From: an uncultured Gemmatimonadales bacterium
GTDB taxonomy: Bacteria; Gemmatimonadota; Gemmatimonadetes; Gemmatimonadales; GWC2-71-9
DNA: 64,000 nt
Assembly: GCA_963695555.1 (NCBI GenBank)
Contig: CAVOGR010000001.1
Span: 128,001 to 192,000, forward strand
Direction of reading: 5' to 3'
Shown: piece by piece, positions 40,719 to 49,959 of the stretch
How the letters are laid out: each line of letters starts with the position of its first letter
Position numbering within the stretch: position 1 is the stretch's first letter
Program-made: the position numbers and the translations under genes
The notes under the pieces: generated by a model
What the model was told of the DNA's origin: nothing
The model's database searches: none
The model's input: only the letters and a program-made list of their open reading frames with translations

Positions 40719-41996
40719 GCGTCCCGGCCTGCCTTCCCGAGTCCCGGTCGGTAGTACCCGGCAAGTGCATACGATCGATCCAGGAGTTCAACGGGATGGA
40801 CGACATCGATGTCGAGGCCAGCGGCCAGAAGGCCGGCGCCGATCTGCATGAGACACCCGGGATTCCCAGTTGCGAGAAACTTCGGGCGTGGTACAAGCGA
40901 AGCGATGTCGTTGATCTTCGGTTCGAGCACGGCCCGCGCCAGCGAAGGCCGCAAGACCGAATACAGACCCGCACTCCCGCAGCATTGATCCGATCCCGGG
41001 AGGACCCGGAGCCTGAGTTCCGGCACGGCGCGGAGGATGTCGAGCGGTTGGGATACGATGCCTTGGGCGTGCTGGAGATGGCAGGCAGCGTCGTACGCGA
41101 CGTCGCACGGTAGCGGCGCTCCGGTGCGAGGCCCTGCGTCCGACAGGAGCTCCGAAATGTCCCGTACGCGACCGGCGAGACCATGCGCCGCCGTGGTGCC
41201 AACTAGCTCGCCATAGTCCTTGAGCATCGCCCCGCAGCCCGCACTGTTGACCACGATCAAGTCGGCATGGCGTCCGAATGCGGCAACATTGGTTGCGGCA
41301 AGCGCCCGCGCGCCCGCGGTTGCTCCGGTATGTTCGTGCAGGGCTCCGCAACAGACTTGTTCTCGAACCTCGACGACATCGAAGCCGTTGGCACCGAGGG
41401 TGCGGACGGTGGCCTCATGGACGTGCCCGAACAAGGTGTCCATCACGCAACCACGAAATAGCGCCACGGTTGGCCGGCTGCCGGATAGGTCCGCCGATTT
41501 GTCGCGTCCGCTCACCTGCGTCGGCTGGGCGGGGCGGAAGTTTGTTTGCTCCGAGGCGCCGAGCATGCCCATCGCGAACCCCAGCCGGCTCCCGGGCAGC
41601 GAGGCGAGCCGGAAGTCCAGAGGCACGAACCCAGCGAGCCAGCGTGAAGCCGGGCCGCCAGAGCTTCGGGGAGCCGAACACCGCCAGGAGGGCCCGCAGC
41701 GAGACGGAGAGGCCATGGGAACCGGCCAACGTGCGCCGTGCGGTTTCCAGGGCGCGTCCATACTGGACCCCGGAGGGACAGGCCGGCTCACAGCCGCGGC
41801 ATCCCAGGCAGTTCTCCAGGTGGATGGTGAGGGCCGAATCGATGATAGCCGTGTCGCCGCGTTCGAGGGCCTGCATCAGCACGATTCTTCCGCGCGGGCT
41901 GTCGTTCTCATCGCCGGTTGCCAGATAGGTAGGGCACGCGGGCAGGCAAAAGCCGCAATGCACGCATGGGTCGAGCGGGCCGATCGTGCTAGCCAC
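40715..41996 (-). pseudogene. glcF: Glycolate oxidase Fe-S subunit, split by a one-base frameshift near 41591-41596 (real or sequencing error)
   Basis: CVHCGFC and CLGCRGC ferredoxin motifs are in one frame, the two CCG domains in another. Span is 3n+1. Confidence 0.85.
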
Positions 41997-43206
41997 CCCG
42001 AACCTCTTCCAGCGCGACGCGCAAGCATGCGCGAGGGTCGAACGTTTTCCGCAACCGCCAAACGAGGTCGCCGACCCCCTCCCGGTAGGCTCCGAAATGC
42101 CCGACACGCTGACGGACTCTCCAGGGCGCCCGCTCGAGCGTCACCGGGATTTCGCGTTCCGCAGCCCGGTGGCGCAGGGTGAGGAGTTGATCCGGCTCGG
42201 CTGATCCGCTCCATCGGACTCCGCCCGTGGCGGCTCCAGCCGAAACGAGTTGTTCGTCGAGCAATCCTGCGAGGAGGTCGATGGTTTCGTCTACGCTGTC
42301 GGCAAGGGCGCCCAGCCGAAGCGTCACCGCTCCACCTAGCCACGCACGATTGACCGAGCCCCAAAAGGCTGCGCTCTCATCTGGCGGCAGTTCCTGCCAC
42401 GCCAAATCGCCGACACGCTGTATCTTGGCTACCGTGGCCGCCACGGCCGATTCCGTACCGAGGAGCCTGGCCGCGAGCGTCCAGTCGGCGCGGGCGGCTA
42501 CAGCCGGGGACAGCAACTCCAGGGCGCTACAGTCGAGCCCGGCCTCGCCAAGCGCCCTGGCGCTGAACGTGAGCACGTCGCGGTCTGCCCGCGCTGTCAG
42601 CGTTACATCCGCGCTGGGCAGTGCTCGAAGCCGGAGGTGGAGGTCGGTAATGATCCCGAAGCCGCCGAATGCGCCCACATGCAATTTGGTGAGATCGTAT
42701 CCGGCCACGTTCTTCATGACCCGTCCTCCGGACGTGAGCCGGCGGCCGTCCCCGGCGACCACGGCGCATCCGAGCACGTGATCTCGGATTGGGCCGAGCC
42801 CCGCCCGCAATGCACCGGCCGTCCCCGTCGCGACGATCGATCCGATGGTCCGGTCCGGCCGGCCAGGCGGATCGAGCGGCAACCACATCCCGAGGGCGGC
42901 TGCCTGCCGCCGCAGGCTTTCGAGGGAGGTTCCGGCCTGGACCGTCGCCATGAGGTCTGCGGGGCTGATGTCCACCGCCCGGTCGAGGGCGCGCGTACTC
43001 ACGGCGAAGTCGGCATCCGCATCCGGCGGGAGCCAGGTTCCACTCCCTTCGACTCGGATGGTCCAGCCTTCTTCTGCGGCCACGCGGCACGCCACGGCGA
43101 TTCCCTCCGCCGAGTCGGGGGTGACGTAGGGGATGCCGGTTGCCTTCTGCTCCACGGCATCCCGACCGAGGAGTGAACGAAGCCGTTCAGCCGGGTCGTG
43201 GTTCAT
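41989..43206 (-). CDS. glcE: Glycolate oxidase FAD-binding subunit GlcE-like
   Basis: [13 protein letters not shown] and FDP C-terminus. Lies between glcD and glcF. Confidence 0.88.
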   Translation of the reverse strand: MNHDPAERLRSLLGRDAVEQKATGIPYVTPDSAEGIAVACRVAAEEGWTIRVEGSGTWLPPDADADFAVSTRALDRAVDISPADLMATVQAGTSLESLRRQAAALGMWLPLDPPGRPDRTIGSIVATGTAGALRAGLGPIRDHVLGCAVVAGDGRRLTSGGRVMKNVAGYDLTKLHVGAFGGFGIITDLHLRLRALPSADVTLTARADRDVLTFSARALGEAGLDCSALELLSPAVAARADWTLAARLLGTESAVAATVAKIQRVGDLAWQELPPDESAAFWGSVNRAWLGGAVTLRLGALADSVDETIDLLAGLLDEQLVSAGAATGGVRWSGSAEPDQLLTLRHRAAEREIPVTLERAPWRVRQRVGHFGAYREGVGDLVWRLRKTFDPRACLRVALEEVRGG

Positions 43207-44618
43207 GGCACTCCTCCAGCACGCCATTCCCGGCAGGCATGGCTCGGGAAGATCTTGCCGGGATTGGCGCGTTGGTCGGGGTCGAAGACGCGACGGACGT
43301 CGCACATCGCTGTCATACTCGCCGGATCGAACACCCAGGGCATGTACTGCCGCTTGTCCGCTCCGACGCCGTGCTCCCCAGTGATCGTCCCCCCGGCCGC
43401 CACACATACCGCCATGATCTCCCGACTTGCCGCCTCGACCTTCTCGGCCATGGCGGCATCTCGCCGATCGAAGCTGATGTTGGGATGCAGGTTACCGTCC
43501 CCGGCGTGGAACACATTCGCAATGGTCAAGTTGTGCCGCCTCCCGATGCCGGCAATCGCATCGAGGACCTCGGGCAGCGCGGAGCGCGGAACGACGGCAT
43601 CCTGGACGACGAGGTCTGGGGCAAGCCTGCCCAGGGCCCCGAAGGCCTTCTTGCGGCCCTGCCACAACCGCGCGCGCTGGTCCTCGGTCGAGGCCCCCCG
43701 TACGGTTCGTGCCCGGTTCGCGTGGAGCAGGCGCTCAACGTCGGCGGCCTCACCCTCGACGGATTCATGAGTTCCATCCAACTCCACCAACAAGACGGCG
43801 GCGGCGTCGGTGGGGTATCCGGCGGCGTAGATAGACGCCTCGACGGCTCGTATGCAGGTTTGATCCATCATCTCCAGTGCCGCAGGGAGTACTCCGGAGG
43901 CGATGATTGCCGACACGGCGGTACTGGCATCCCGGATGGTCGTAAAGTCGGCCAGGAATGTGCGAACTGCTAGCGGCAACGGCTCGAGCCTCACCGTCAC
44001 CTCGGTCACGATTCCGAACATCCCCTCACTCCCCACTACCAGGCCCACGAGATCCGGTCCCCAGGGCTCTCCCTGCCGTGATCCGAGTCGCATCGCGGTA
44101 CTGTCGGGCAGGACCAGCTCCAGCGCCACCACATGATTGGTCGTCACGCCGTACTTGAGGCAGTGTGGCCCGCCGGCATTCTCCGCGACGTTCCCGCCGA
44201 TGGTACAGGCGGTCTGGCTTGAAGGGTCCGGCGCATAGTGCAGCCCGAACGCGGCCGCTGCCGCGGAGAGCCGGGCGTTCACCACACCCGGTTCTACGAT
44301 GGCGCGCCGCTGCTCCGGGTGGATGGCGAGGATCCTGGTCAGTCGGGTTAGGGTGATCAGAACCGAGTCTGGTCCGGCCAGCGATCCGCCGGAGAGGCCC
44401 GTACCGGCTCCTCGGGCCACGAACGGCACCTGTGCGAGGTGGAGCAGCCGGACGACTTCGATGACCTCTGCTCGGCTGCCCGGCAGCACCACCAGTCCGG
44501 GCATGGCTTCATGGGTCGGGAGCCCATCGGCTCGGAACGTCGCGCGCTCCGACGGCTGCTGGCGCACCCATTGAGGTCCGACGACGTTGGCGAGCGTCGC
44601 GGCAAGCGTGGCATTCAC
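43203..44618 (-). CDS. glcD: Glycolate oxidase subunit GlcD-like FAD-linked oxidase
   Basis: RGAGTGLSGG, PDPSSQ, HAGDGNLHP, GEHGVG and NPGK motifs. Confidence 0.93.
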   Translation of the reverse strand: MNATLAATLANVVGPQWVRQQPSERATFRADGLPTHEAMPGLVVLPGSRAEVIEVVRLLHLAQVPFVARGAGTGLSGGSLAGPDSVLITLTRLTRILAIHPEQRRAIVEPGVVNARLSAAAAAFGLHYAPDPSSQTACTIGGNVAENAGGPHCLKYGVTTNHVVALELVLPDSTAMRLGSRQGEPWGPDLVGLVVGSEGMFGIVTEVTVRLEPLPLAVRTFLADFTTIRDASTAVSAIIASGVLPAALEMMDQTCIRAVEASIYAAGYPTDAAAVLLVELDGTHESVEGEAADVERLLHANRARTVRGASTEDQRARLWQGRKKAFGALGRLAPDLVVQDAVVPRSALPEVLDAIAGIGRRHNLTIANVFHAGDGNLHPNISFDRRDAAMAEKVEAASREIMAVCVAAGGTITGEHGVGADKRQYMPWVFDPASMTAMCDVRRVFDPDQRANPGKIFPSHACREWRAGGVP

Positions 44619-45313
44619 GGCTGGCTCTGTGCTGGAGGATAGGGGCGAGTGCTGCGGCCGTTGCCCCGCGCCAGGTGATGGACCCGTGCCCGCTCCTTGG
44701 CGTCAGCGGCCTTCGGAAGGAGCCATTGCGTCAACAACTCGATTCGTTCCCCGACGGATCGGGACTCGAGCAGCCGGACCTGGAGGGGCGCTTCAGGATC
44801 GATACTCGCCGCGATTTGAAACGTCAGAGTTCCGGCCTCGTGAGACAGGGCGACCTCGGGTTGCTCGGCGTCCTGCAACACACAGATCGCGTCGACGTAC
44901 GCGTGGAAGAGACGTTCGAGTTCTGTGGCGTCGGGGGGGTGGTTATCGACCGTTCGGTCGTCGAATTCCTCCACAATGGCGACGAGATAGGGGTCGTTGC
45001 ATTCCACATACCGCTCGACCGTAAACCGCTTCTCGCCAACGACCAGGATATTCGAGCGCCCATCGGCCAGAAGGTCGTGGGCCCGAATAGTTGCCGCACA
45101 TCCAACCGTTCCCGGAGGCGGTGCCTCGCGCTCCACCCCTGGTCGGAGAATGCCGAAGGCGGCGTCCGACGCCAGGCAATTCGCGACCAGTTGCCGGTAG
45201 CGCGGTTCGAAGATGTGGAGCGGTAGCGAGGTACCGGGGTAGAGGACGACGGTAAGCGGGAAAAGCGGCAGGCGGACGGGCATACCGGAAGATCTCGGTG
45301 TGGGCTCCGTCAC
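44615..45313 (-). CDS. LON peptidase substrate-binding domain protein
   Basis: LPLFPL..VLYPG..LPLHIFEPRY motif. Confidence 0.92.
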   Translation of the reverse strand: MTEPTPRSSGMPVRLPLFPLTVVLYPGTSLPLHIFEPRYRQLVANCLASDAAFGILRPGVEREAPPPGTVGCAATIRAHDLLADGRSNILVVGEKRFTVERYVECNDPYLVAIVEEFDDRTVDNHPPDATELERLFHAYVDAICVLQDAEQPEVALSHEAGTLTFQIAASIDPEAPLQVRLLESRSVGERIELLTQWLLPKAADAKERARVHHLARGNGRSTRPYPPAQSQP

Positions 45314-45373
45314 ACAATGTGACCCTCCCAGCCTCGGGCTGGGACCGGTACAGCGCGGAGTTGTGAGTGTGTT

Positions 45374-46267
45374 CTACGTCGTGCCCCAGAATCCTTGCAG
45401 CGACTTGACATCGGGGGATTCGCGTAACTTTTCGAAGGCCCGCTCGCGGATCTGACGAATACGCTCACGGGTGACCCCGAGCAGCGCCCCAATTTTCTCG
45501 AGGGTAAGGGCCTCAGAGCCCTCTTCGAGGCCATAGTAGAGATTGAGGATCTTTCGTTCGCGGGGGGTCAGGTATCGTTCGAAGATTCGGTCGATGAACT
45601 CTCGGGTGAGCCGGGCGTCGGTATTGTCCTCGATCTCACCGCCCTCTGTTCCGGCAAAGCGCTCTCCGAAGGTGCTCGCCGTCTTGTCCGTCCGCTCGAC
45701 CGGTGCATCGAGTGAAAGCTCCGCTGTCGTCATGCGGCGGGCGGTGCGGATGTTCTCGACCGAGTCATTGAGTGCTGTCGCAACCTCTTTGTCGGTCGGC
45801 TCGCGACCGAGCTCCTGAGAGAGGAAGCTCTCCGCTCGCGACATTCGAATGAGTGCTGAATTCTGGTTCAGTGGAATCCGGACGCTCCGCGTCTGCTCGG
45901 CCAGCGCTTTCAGGACCGCTTGACGGACCCACCAGACCGCGTAGGAAATGAACTTCACCCCGTGGTCGGGATCGAACTTCCGGACCGCTTTCAACAACCC
46001 CTCGTTGCCGATCGCCACCAGCTCCCCGAGATCCAGTCCGTGGCCCTGGTACTTCTTCACGTACGAAATCACGAAACGGAGATTGGCCGTCACGAGGCGC
46101 TCCGCCGCCCTCGCGTCCCCCGCCCGCGCCAGGCGCGCCAACCGCTTCTCCTCCTTGGGGTCGGAGATCATCGGAAGCTTCTGGATGTCGTGGAGGTACT
46201 GATCGAAGGCGCTGGTCGGAACGGGTCGAAAGAAGGGGCGAGCCTTCTTCGCGGTCACAGGTGCCAT
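45374..46267 (-). CDS. RNA polymerase sigma-70 factor, RpoD/SigA family (short, no region 1.1)
   Basis: ANLRFV, KFISYAVWWVRQ and TRERIRQI motifs. Confidence 0.95.
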   Translation of the reverse strand: MAPVTAKKARPFFRPVPTSAFDQYLHDIQKLPMISDPKEEKRLARLARAGDARAAERLVTANLRFVISYVKKYQGHGLDLGELVAIGNEGLLKAVRKFDPDHGVKFISYAVWWVRQAVLKALAEQTRSVRIPLNQNSALIRMSRAESFLSQELGREPTDKEVATALNDSVENIRTARRMTTAELSLDAPVERTDKTASTFGERFAGTEGGEIEDNTDARLTREFIDRIFERYLTPRERKILNLYYGLEEGSEALTLEKIGALLGVTRERIRQIRERAFEKLRESPDVKSLQGFWGTT

Positions 46268-46363
46268 TGCCTACCCCGGGATGCGGAAGCGGTTACGAAC
46301 ACTTTTCAGAATTCTCACGAGGGAACGCAGATCGAACTGGGTCGGCCGCCAATTCGAAGCGCA

Positions 46364-46392
46364 ATAATAGGAAGTTCCGAGAGGGGGGTCAA
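46364..46392 (-). promoter_or_regulatory. Sigma70-type promoter of the sigma factor gene
   Basis: TTGACC-N17-TATTAT on the minus strand. Confidence 0.7.
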
Positions 46393-46403
46393 GCAAGAAA
46401 TGA

Positions 46404-46489
46404 TTTTCCACATCACAATTTGTTGTTCGACAAACGATTATCAGTTTCGTCCACTTATCCACGTCCCCGCGAGCAGGGACTTATCCACG
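46404..46489 (+). promoter_or_regulatory. Cluster of DnaA-box-like 9-mers
   Basis: TTTTCCACA 46404-46412 and TTATCCACG at 46455-46463 and 46481-46489. Each is one mismatch from TTATCCACA, all in the same orientation. Confidence 0.6.
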
Positions 46490-46561
46490 TGCCAGAGCAT
46501 AAACTGTTGTAAGACAACAGAATACGCCAAATTCATATGTGAGTAAAATGGGGAAAGTCGG

Positions 46562-47704
46562 TCAGCTCTCGGGCAGAGTGATCGTGCCGAGTGCCTCTCT
46601 GATCAGACTCACCGACGGCACCTCGATGGTCCATTGGTCGTCGGCGCGATGCATGTGCCCGATCGACTCCGGAAGTGCCAGGCGCGGCACCTCACTTCGC
46701 GACTTCTTGTCTGCCTGCGTTGCTCTGATGACCGCATCGGCGTCCACGGGCATCCGCAACGTGGTCGGCAAATTCATCATGGTGAGCACCTGCTCAACCG
46801 CATCCGCCAGCCCGGCCTGGGCAACTCCCATTGCCTCGGCCAGGCGGCACTCGGCCAGGAGGCCCAAGGCGACCGCTTCGCCATGATCGATCCGGTATCC
46901 GCTTGCGTGCTCCAAACCATGCCCCAGGGTGTGGCCGGCGTTCAGCACGGCCCGTTCGCCAGCCTCCCGCTCATCGCGACTCACGATGGCCGCCTTGAGC
47001 TCGACACTTCGCTTGACTAGTTGAGCGAGCGTTGCGAGGTCACGGGTCCGGATGCGGCCCGCCTCCTTGCCGATCCACTCGAAGTACTCGCGATCGGCCA
47101 CGACACCGTGTTTGACCGCCTCGGCCAGGCCGCTGCGAAACACCGGGTCCGGCAGAGTGAGCAGGGTGCACGGATCCGCCAGTACCGCAGTGGGAGGATG
47201 GAATGCACCGATCAAGTTCTTCCCATGTGGTGTGTTGATTGCCGTCTTGCCTCCCACGGAGGCATCGACCATGGCGACGAGCGTGGTTGGAACCGCGAGC
47301 AATGGAACGCCGCGCATGAAGGTCGCCGCGACGAATCCTGCGAGGTCACCGACCACCCCGCCACCGAGCGCTACGATGGCACTGTCGCGGCCGAAGCCGC
47401 CTTCGAGCAGAGCATCGATGAGCCTGGCCCAGGTCTCGCGCGTCTTGCTGGCTTCTCCCGGCGCGACCGCGAACACGCGTCCCGCAGCGGTCCGATCGCT
47501 CGAGGAATCGGATTCGTATCGCCACGAGTGCTCCGGCGCGGACAACCAGTCGTCGTAATGCCGCTGGACTGTCGTATCGGTGATGATGGCGATGCGGCGA
47601 TTCGGCAGCTGCCTGGTGGTCAGCTCGGTGAGCTGGGCGATGGCGCCTGCGCCGATCTGAACCGGGTATTTGCCGAGGGCATGCCGAACCGTAACGGTCT
47701 GCAC
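46562..47704 (-). CDS. aroB: 3-dehydroquinate synthase
   Basis: GGGVVGDLAGF, PTTL..MVDASVGGKT and GHTLGHGLE motifs. Confidence 0.95.
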   Translation of the reverse strand: MQTVTVRHALGKYPVQIGAGAIAQLTELTTRQLPNRRIAIITDTTVQRHYDDWLSAPEHSWRYESDSSSDRTAAGRVFAVAPGEASKTRETWARLIDALLEGGFGRDSAIVALGGGVVGDLAGFVAATFMRGVPLLAVPTTLVAMVDASVGGKTAINTPHGKNLIGAFHPPTAVLADPCTLLTLPDPVFRSGLAEAVKHGVVADREYFEWIGKEAGRIRTRDLATLAQLVKRSVELKAAIVSRDEREAGERAVLNAGHTLGHGLEHASGYRIDHGEAVALGLLAECRLAEAMGVAQAGLADAVEQVLTMMNLPTTLRMPVDADAVIRATQADKKSRSEVPRLALPESIGHMHRADDQWTIEVPSVSLIREALGTITLPES

Positions 47705-47708
47705 GTGG

Positions 47709-48254
47709 CTACCAGGTCGGCTCGTCGAGGCCCGCGCGATGATTGGCCAGGCGCGCGAGCACGAAGAGGGCATCCGACAGCCGGTTCAGGTACTCGAGAA
47801 AGAGCTCCGGAACCGGCGTCTCTTGCGACAACTGAACGATGCTCCGTTCGGCCCGACGGCAGATGGTCCGCGCGAGGTGAAACGCCGCCGCCTTCGGCGT
47901 CCCGGCGGGCAGAATGAAGGCCGTGAGCGGCGGAAGCTCCTCCGTCGCCCGATCGATGGCCGCTTCGAGTTCTTCGACCTGGTCGTGCGACAGGTCTGCC
48001 TTTGCCAGGGCGGCGGCCACCTTCTCGGGGTCGGGCGTCGCCAGGTGGCCTCCGATCGCGAACAGATTCCGCTGGATGGACTCGAGTAACCGGTCCTCTT
48101 CGTTGCGCGGCTCGGTGGCGCGCACGATGCCGAGGGCGGAATTCAGTTCGTCAACGTCGCCGTATGCTCGCACCCGGGGGTGGCTCTTCGGAACGCGGCC
48201 GCCGCCGAACAGACTCGTTTCTCCTCTATCCCCCGTCTTGGTGTAGATCTTCAT
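47709..48254 (-). CDS. Cob(I)alamin adenosyltransferase, PduO type
   Basis: KIYTKTGD.G.T, RRAER and YLNRLSD motifs. Confidence 0.95.
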   Translation of the reverse strand: MKIYTKTGDRGETSLFGGGRVPKSHPRVRAYGDVDELNSALGIVRATEPRNEEDRLLESIQRNLFAIGGHLATPDPEKVAAALAKADLSHDQVEELEAAIDRATEELPPLTAFILPAGTPKAAAFHLARTICRRAERSIVQLSQETPVPELFLEYLNRLSDALFVLARLANHRAGLDEPTW

Positions 48255-48259
48255 GCTGA

Positions 48260-49453
48260 TTAGTTGCCCTCTCTCGATGCGTGCTCCCGCCCATCACATG
48301 GCTCGTCCACCCGGGCCGCGGCCACGACCGTGTTGCTGACCGGGGCCAGGACGCCCCACAGCACTGCGTGCTGGTCAGGACGCACCTGCTCCAGCCAGAG
48401 GTAGTCACTACCGCTACCGAATCCGGCGATCGCTTCGAGGCGCCGCCAGTATGCCGGTGGCCAGTCGGCTCCAAGGGCGGCCACCTGTCCCTGATCGAGG
48501 CGCATGGCGGTGGGCCGGAGGACGGTCTGACCTCCCTGGCCGGTGCTGTCCCATGTCATGACGCCTGCGAGCAGGAGCGTGTCGGCGTGCGCCGTGATGC
48601 GCCGGACTCGCAGCGCAACGACGTAGCGGATCTGGCCGGCCACGCCCCAGAAGGGTACGACATCCGCGGCGTCGATGTCAGCCAGGGTATTGACTTCGAG
48701 GTATCGGTCGGTCGGAGCCTGGAGCGGAAGGAGCTCTGGGGCCAACCGGCGTGTAACGGCGTCATCGAACGCGCGCTCGGTTCGCGCAATCAATGAATCG
48801 ATCATTTCCTGACCCGGCATGTGGGTGGCCGGTCGCGCCGCGATTTCCCCATCGGCCAGGTCGCTCCGCGGCTGGGTCTGGAACGATCCAAGTACCGGGC
48901 CTTGGACGGGGGAGGGCCCCTCGCCGCTTGCTTCGCCCACGATGATCTCTATCCGGGCGTGGAGCGGGCCGCAGGAGCTGCCGTGGAGGATGACCGACAC
49001 TGGTTGGACCCGCGTGAGCCCGCCGGCAAACCCGGCCAAGGTTTCCTGCAACCTGGGACCGGTCCGGCCGTCACCGGGGCGGAGCCGGGCGCGGCCGAGC
49101 ACTTGAAGCCGGGACCACACGGACTCTCCGCGACTGAGCGGCTCCCCGTAGCGCCGGTAGAGCGTCGCGATCAGGGCCGTATCGTTGCTCAGTAAATGGA
49201 TCGCGCGGTTCGTACCCTCGCCGACAAAGCTCCCGAGCAGACGGCGATTCGCATCGAGCCGTGCATCGCTGGTGATCGAGATGCTGTCGAGCGCGAACGG
49301 GGTGTCAGCCGCGGTCACTCGGGCACCATGGTCTGCCGCGCGGCATCCTCCGACGGTCACGAGACCGGTCCATAATGCGAGGCGGAGCCTGGGCAGGATG
49401 TGGCTTGCGGAATCGAGGCGGCGACGGGGTCGCCTGCGCGCGTCAAGGGTCAT
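48260..49453 (-). CDS. Hypothetical exported protein/lipoprotein
   Basis: Fills the operon gap, ATGA overlap with sixA, VGGC lipobox-like signal. Confidence 0.65.
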   Translation of the reverse strand: MTLDARRRPRRRLDSASHILPRLRLALWTGLVTVGGCRAADHGARVTAADTPFALDSISITSDARLDANRRLLGSFVGEGTNRAIHLLSNDTALIATLYRRYGEPLSRGESVWSRLQVLGRARLRPGDGRTGPRLQETLAGFAGGLTRVQPVSVILHGSSCGPLHARIEIIVGEASGEGPSPVQGPVLGSFQTQPRSDLADGEIAARPATHMPGQEMIDSLIARTERAFDDAVTRRLAPELLPLQAPTDRYLEVNTLADIDAADVVPFWGVAGQIRYVVALRVRRITAHADTLLLAGVMTWDSTGQGGQTVLRPTAMRLDQGQVAALGADWPPAYWRRLEAIAGFGSGSDYLWLEQVRPDQHAVLWGVLAPVSNTVVAAARVDEPCDGREHASREGN

Positions 49454-49956
49454 TGCGGTTGGGGCAGCATTGGGGGTCGGATGAAGAACCGGAGGCTGCC
49501 TTTGCCGCGCCCGATGTGCGAAGCCTCGATCCCGACGACGCCGCTCTTGGGGAAATCCAGTTCCATGGCTGTCGCCGATCCGGTGAGGAGAGCCGAGGCC
49601 AACTGGCCGAGCCAAGGTTGATGCCCCACGAAGGCGAGCGTCGCGCCTGCCGCGGGTTGCTCAATTACACGCGCGAGAGCCCGGAGGTTGGGACTCCCTG
49701 CGAGCGGCGGACACGGCACGATGGCGGGCCGGGCAGACTTGGGGAACGCATCGGCCAAGAGCTCGGCCGTCTGCATGGCACGCAGCCACGGGCTCGACAA
49801 GATCAGCGTGGGTACGATCCCGCACGTGTGGAGATATCGGCCGACACGTTGCTGCGTCGTGCGTCCCTTCTCCGTGATCGGGCGCATCGTGTCATCGGCG
49901 TAATGAATGGGATCGCGCGTCCCCGCATGGGCGTGGCGAACCAGCATCACCAACAC
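49450..49956 (-). CDS. sixA: SixA-like phosphohistidine phosphatase
   Basis: VRHAHA, SSP..RA.QTA and VGHQP motifs. Confidence 0.85.
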   Translation of the reverse strand: MLVMLVRHAHAGTRDPIHYADDTMRPITEKGRTTQQRVGRYLHTCGIVPTLILSSPWLRAMQTAELLADAFPKSARPAIVPCPPLAGSPNLRALARVIEQPAAGATLAFVGHQPWLGQLASALLTGSATAMELDFPKSGVVGIEASHIGRGKGSLRFFIRPPMLPQPQ

Positions 49957-49959
49957 GGC

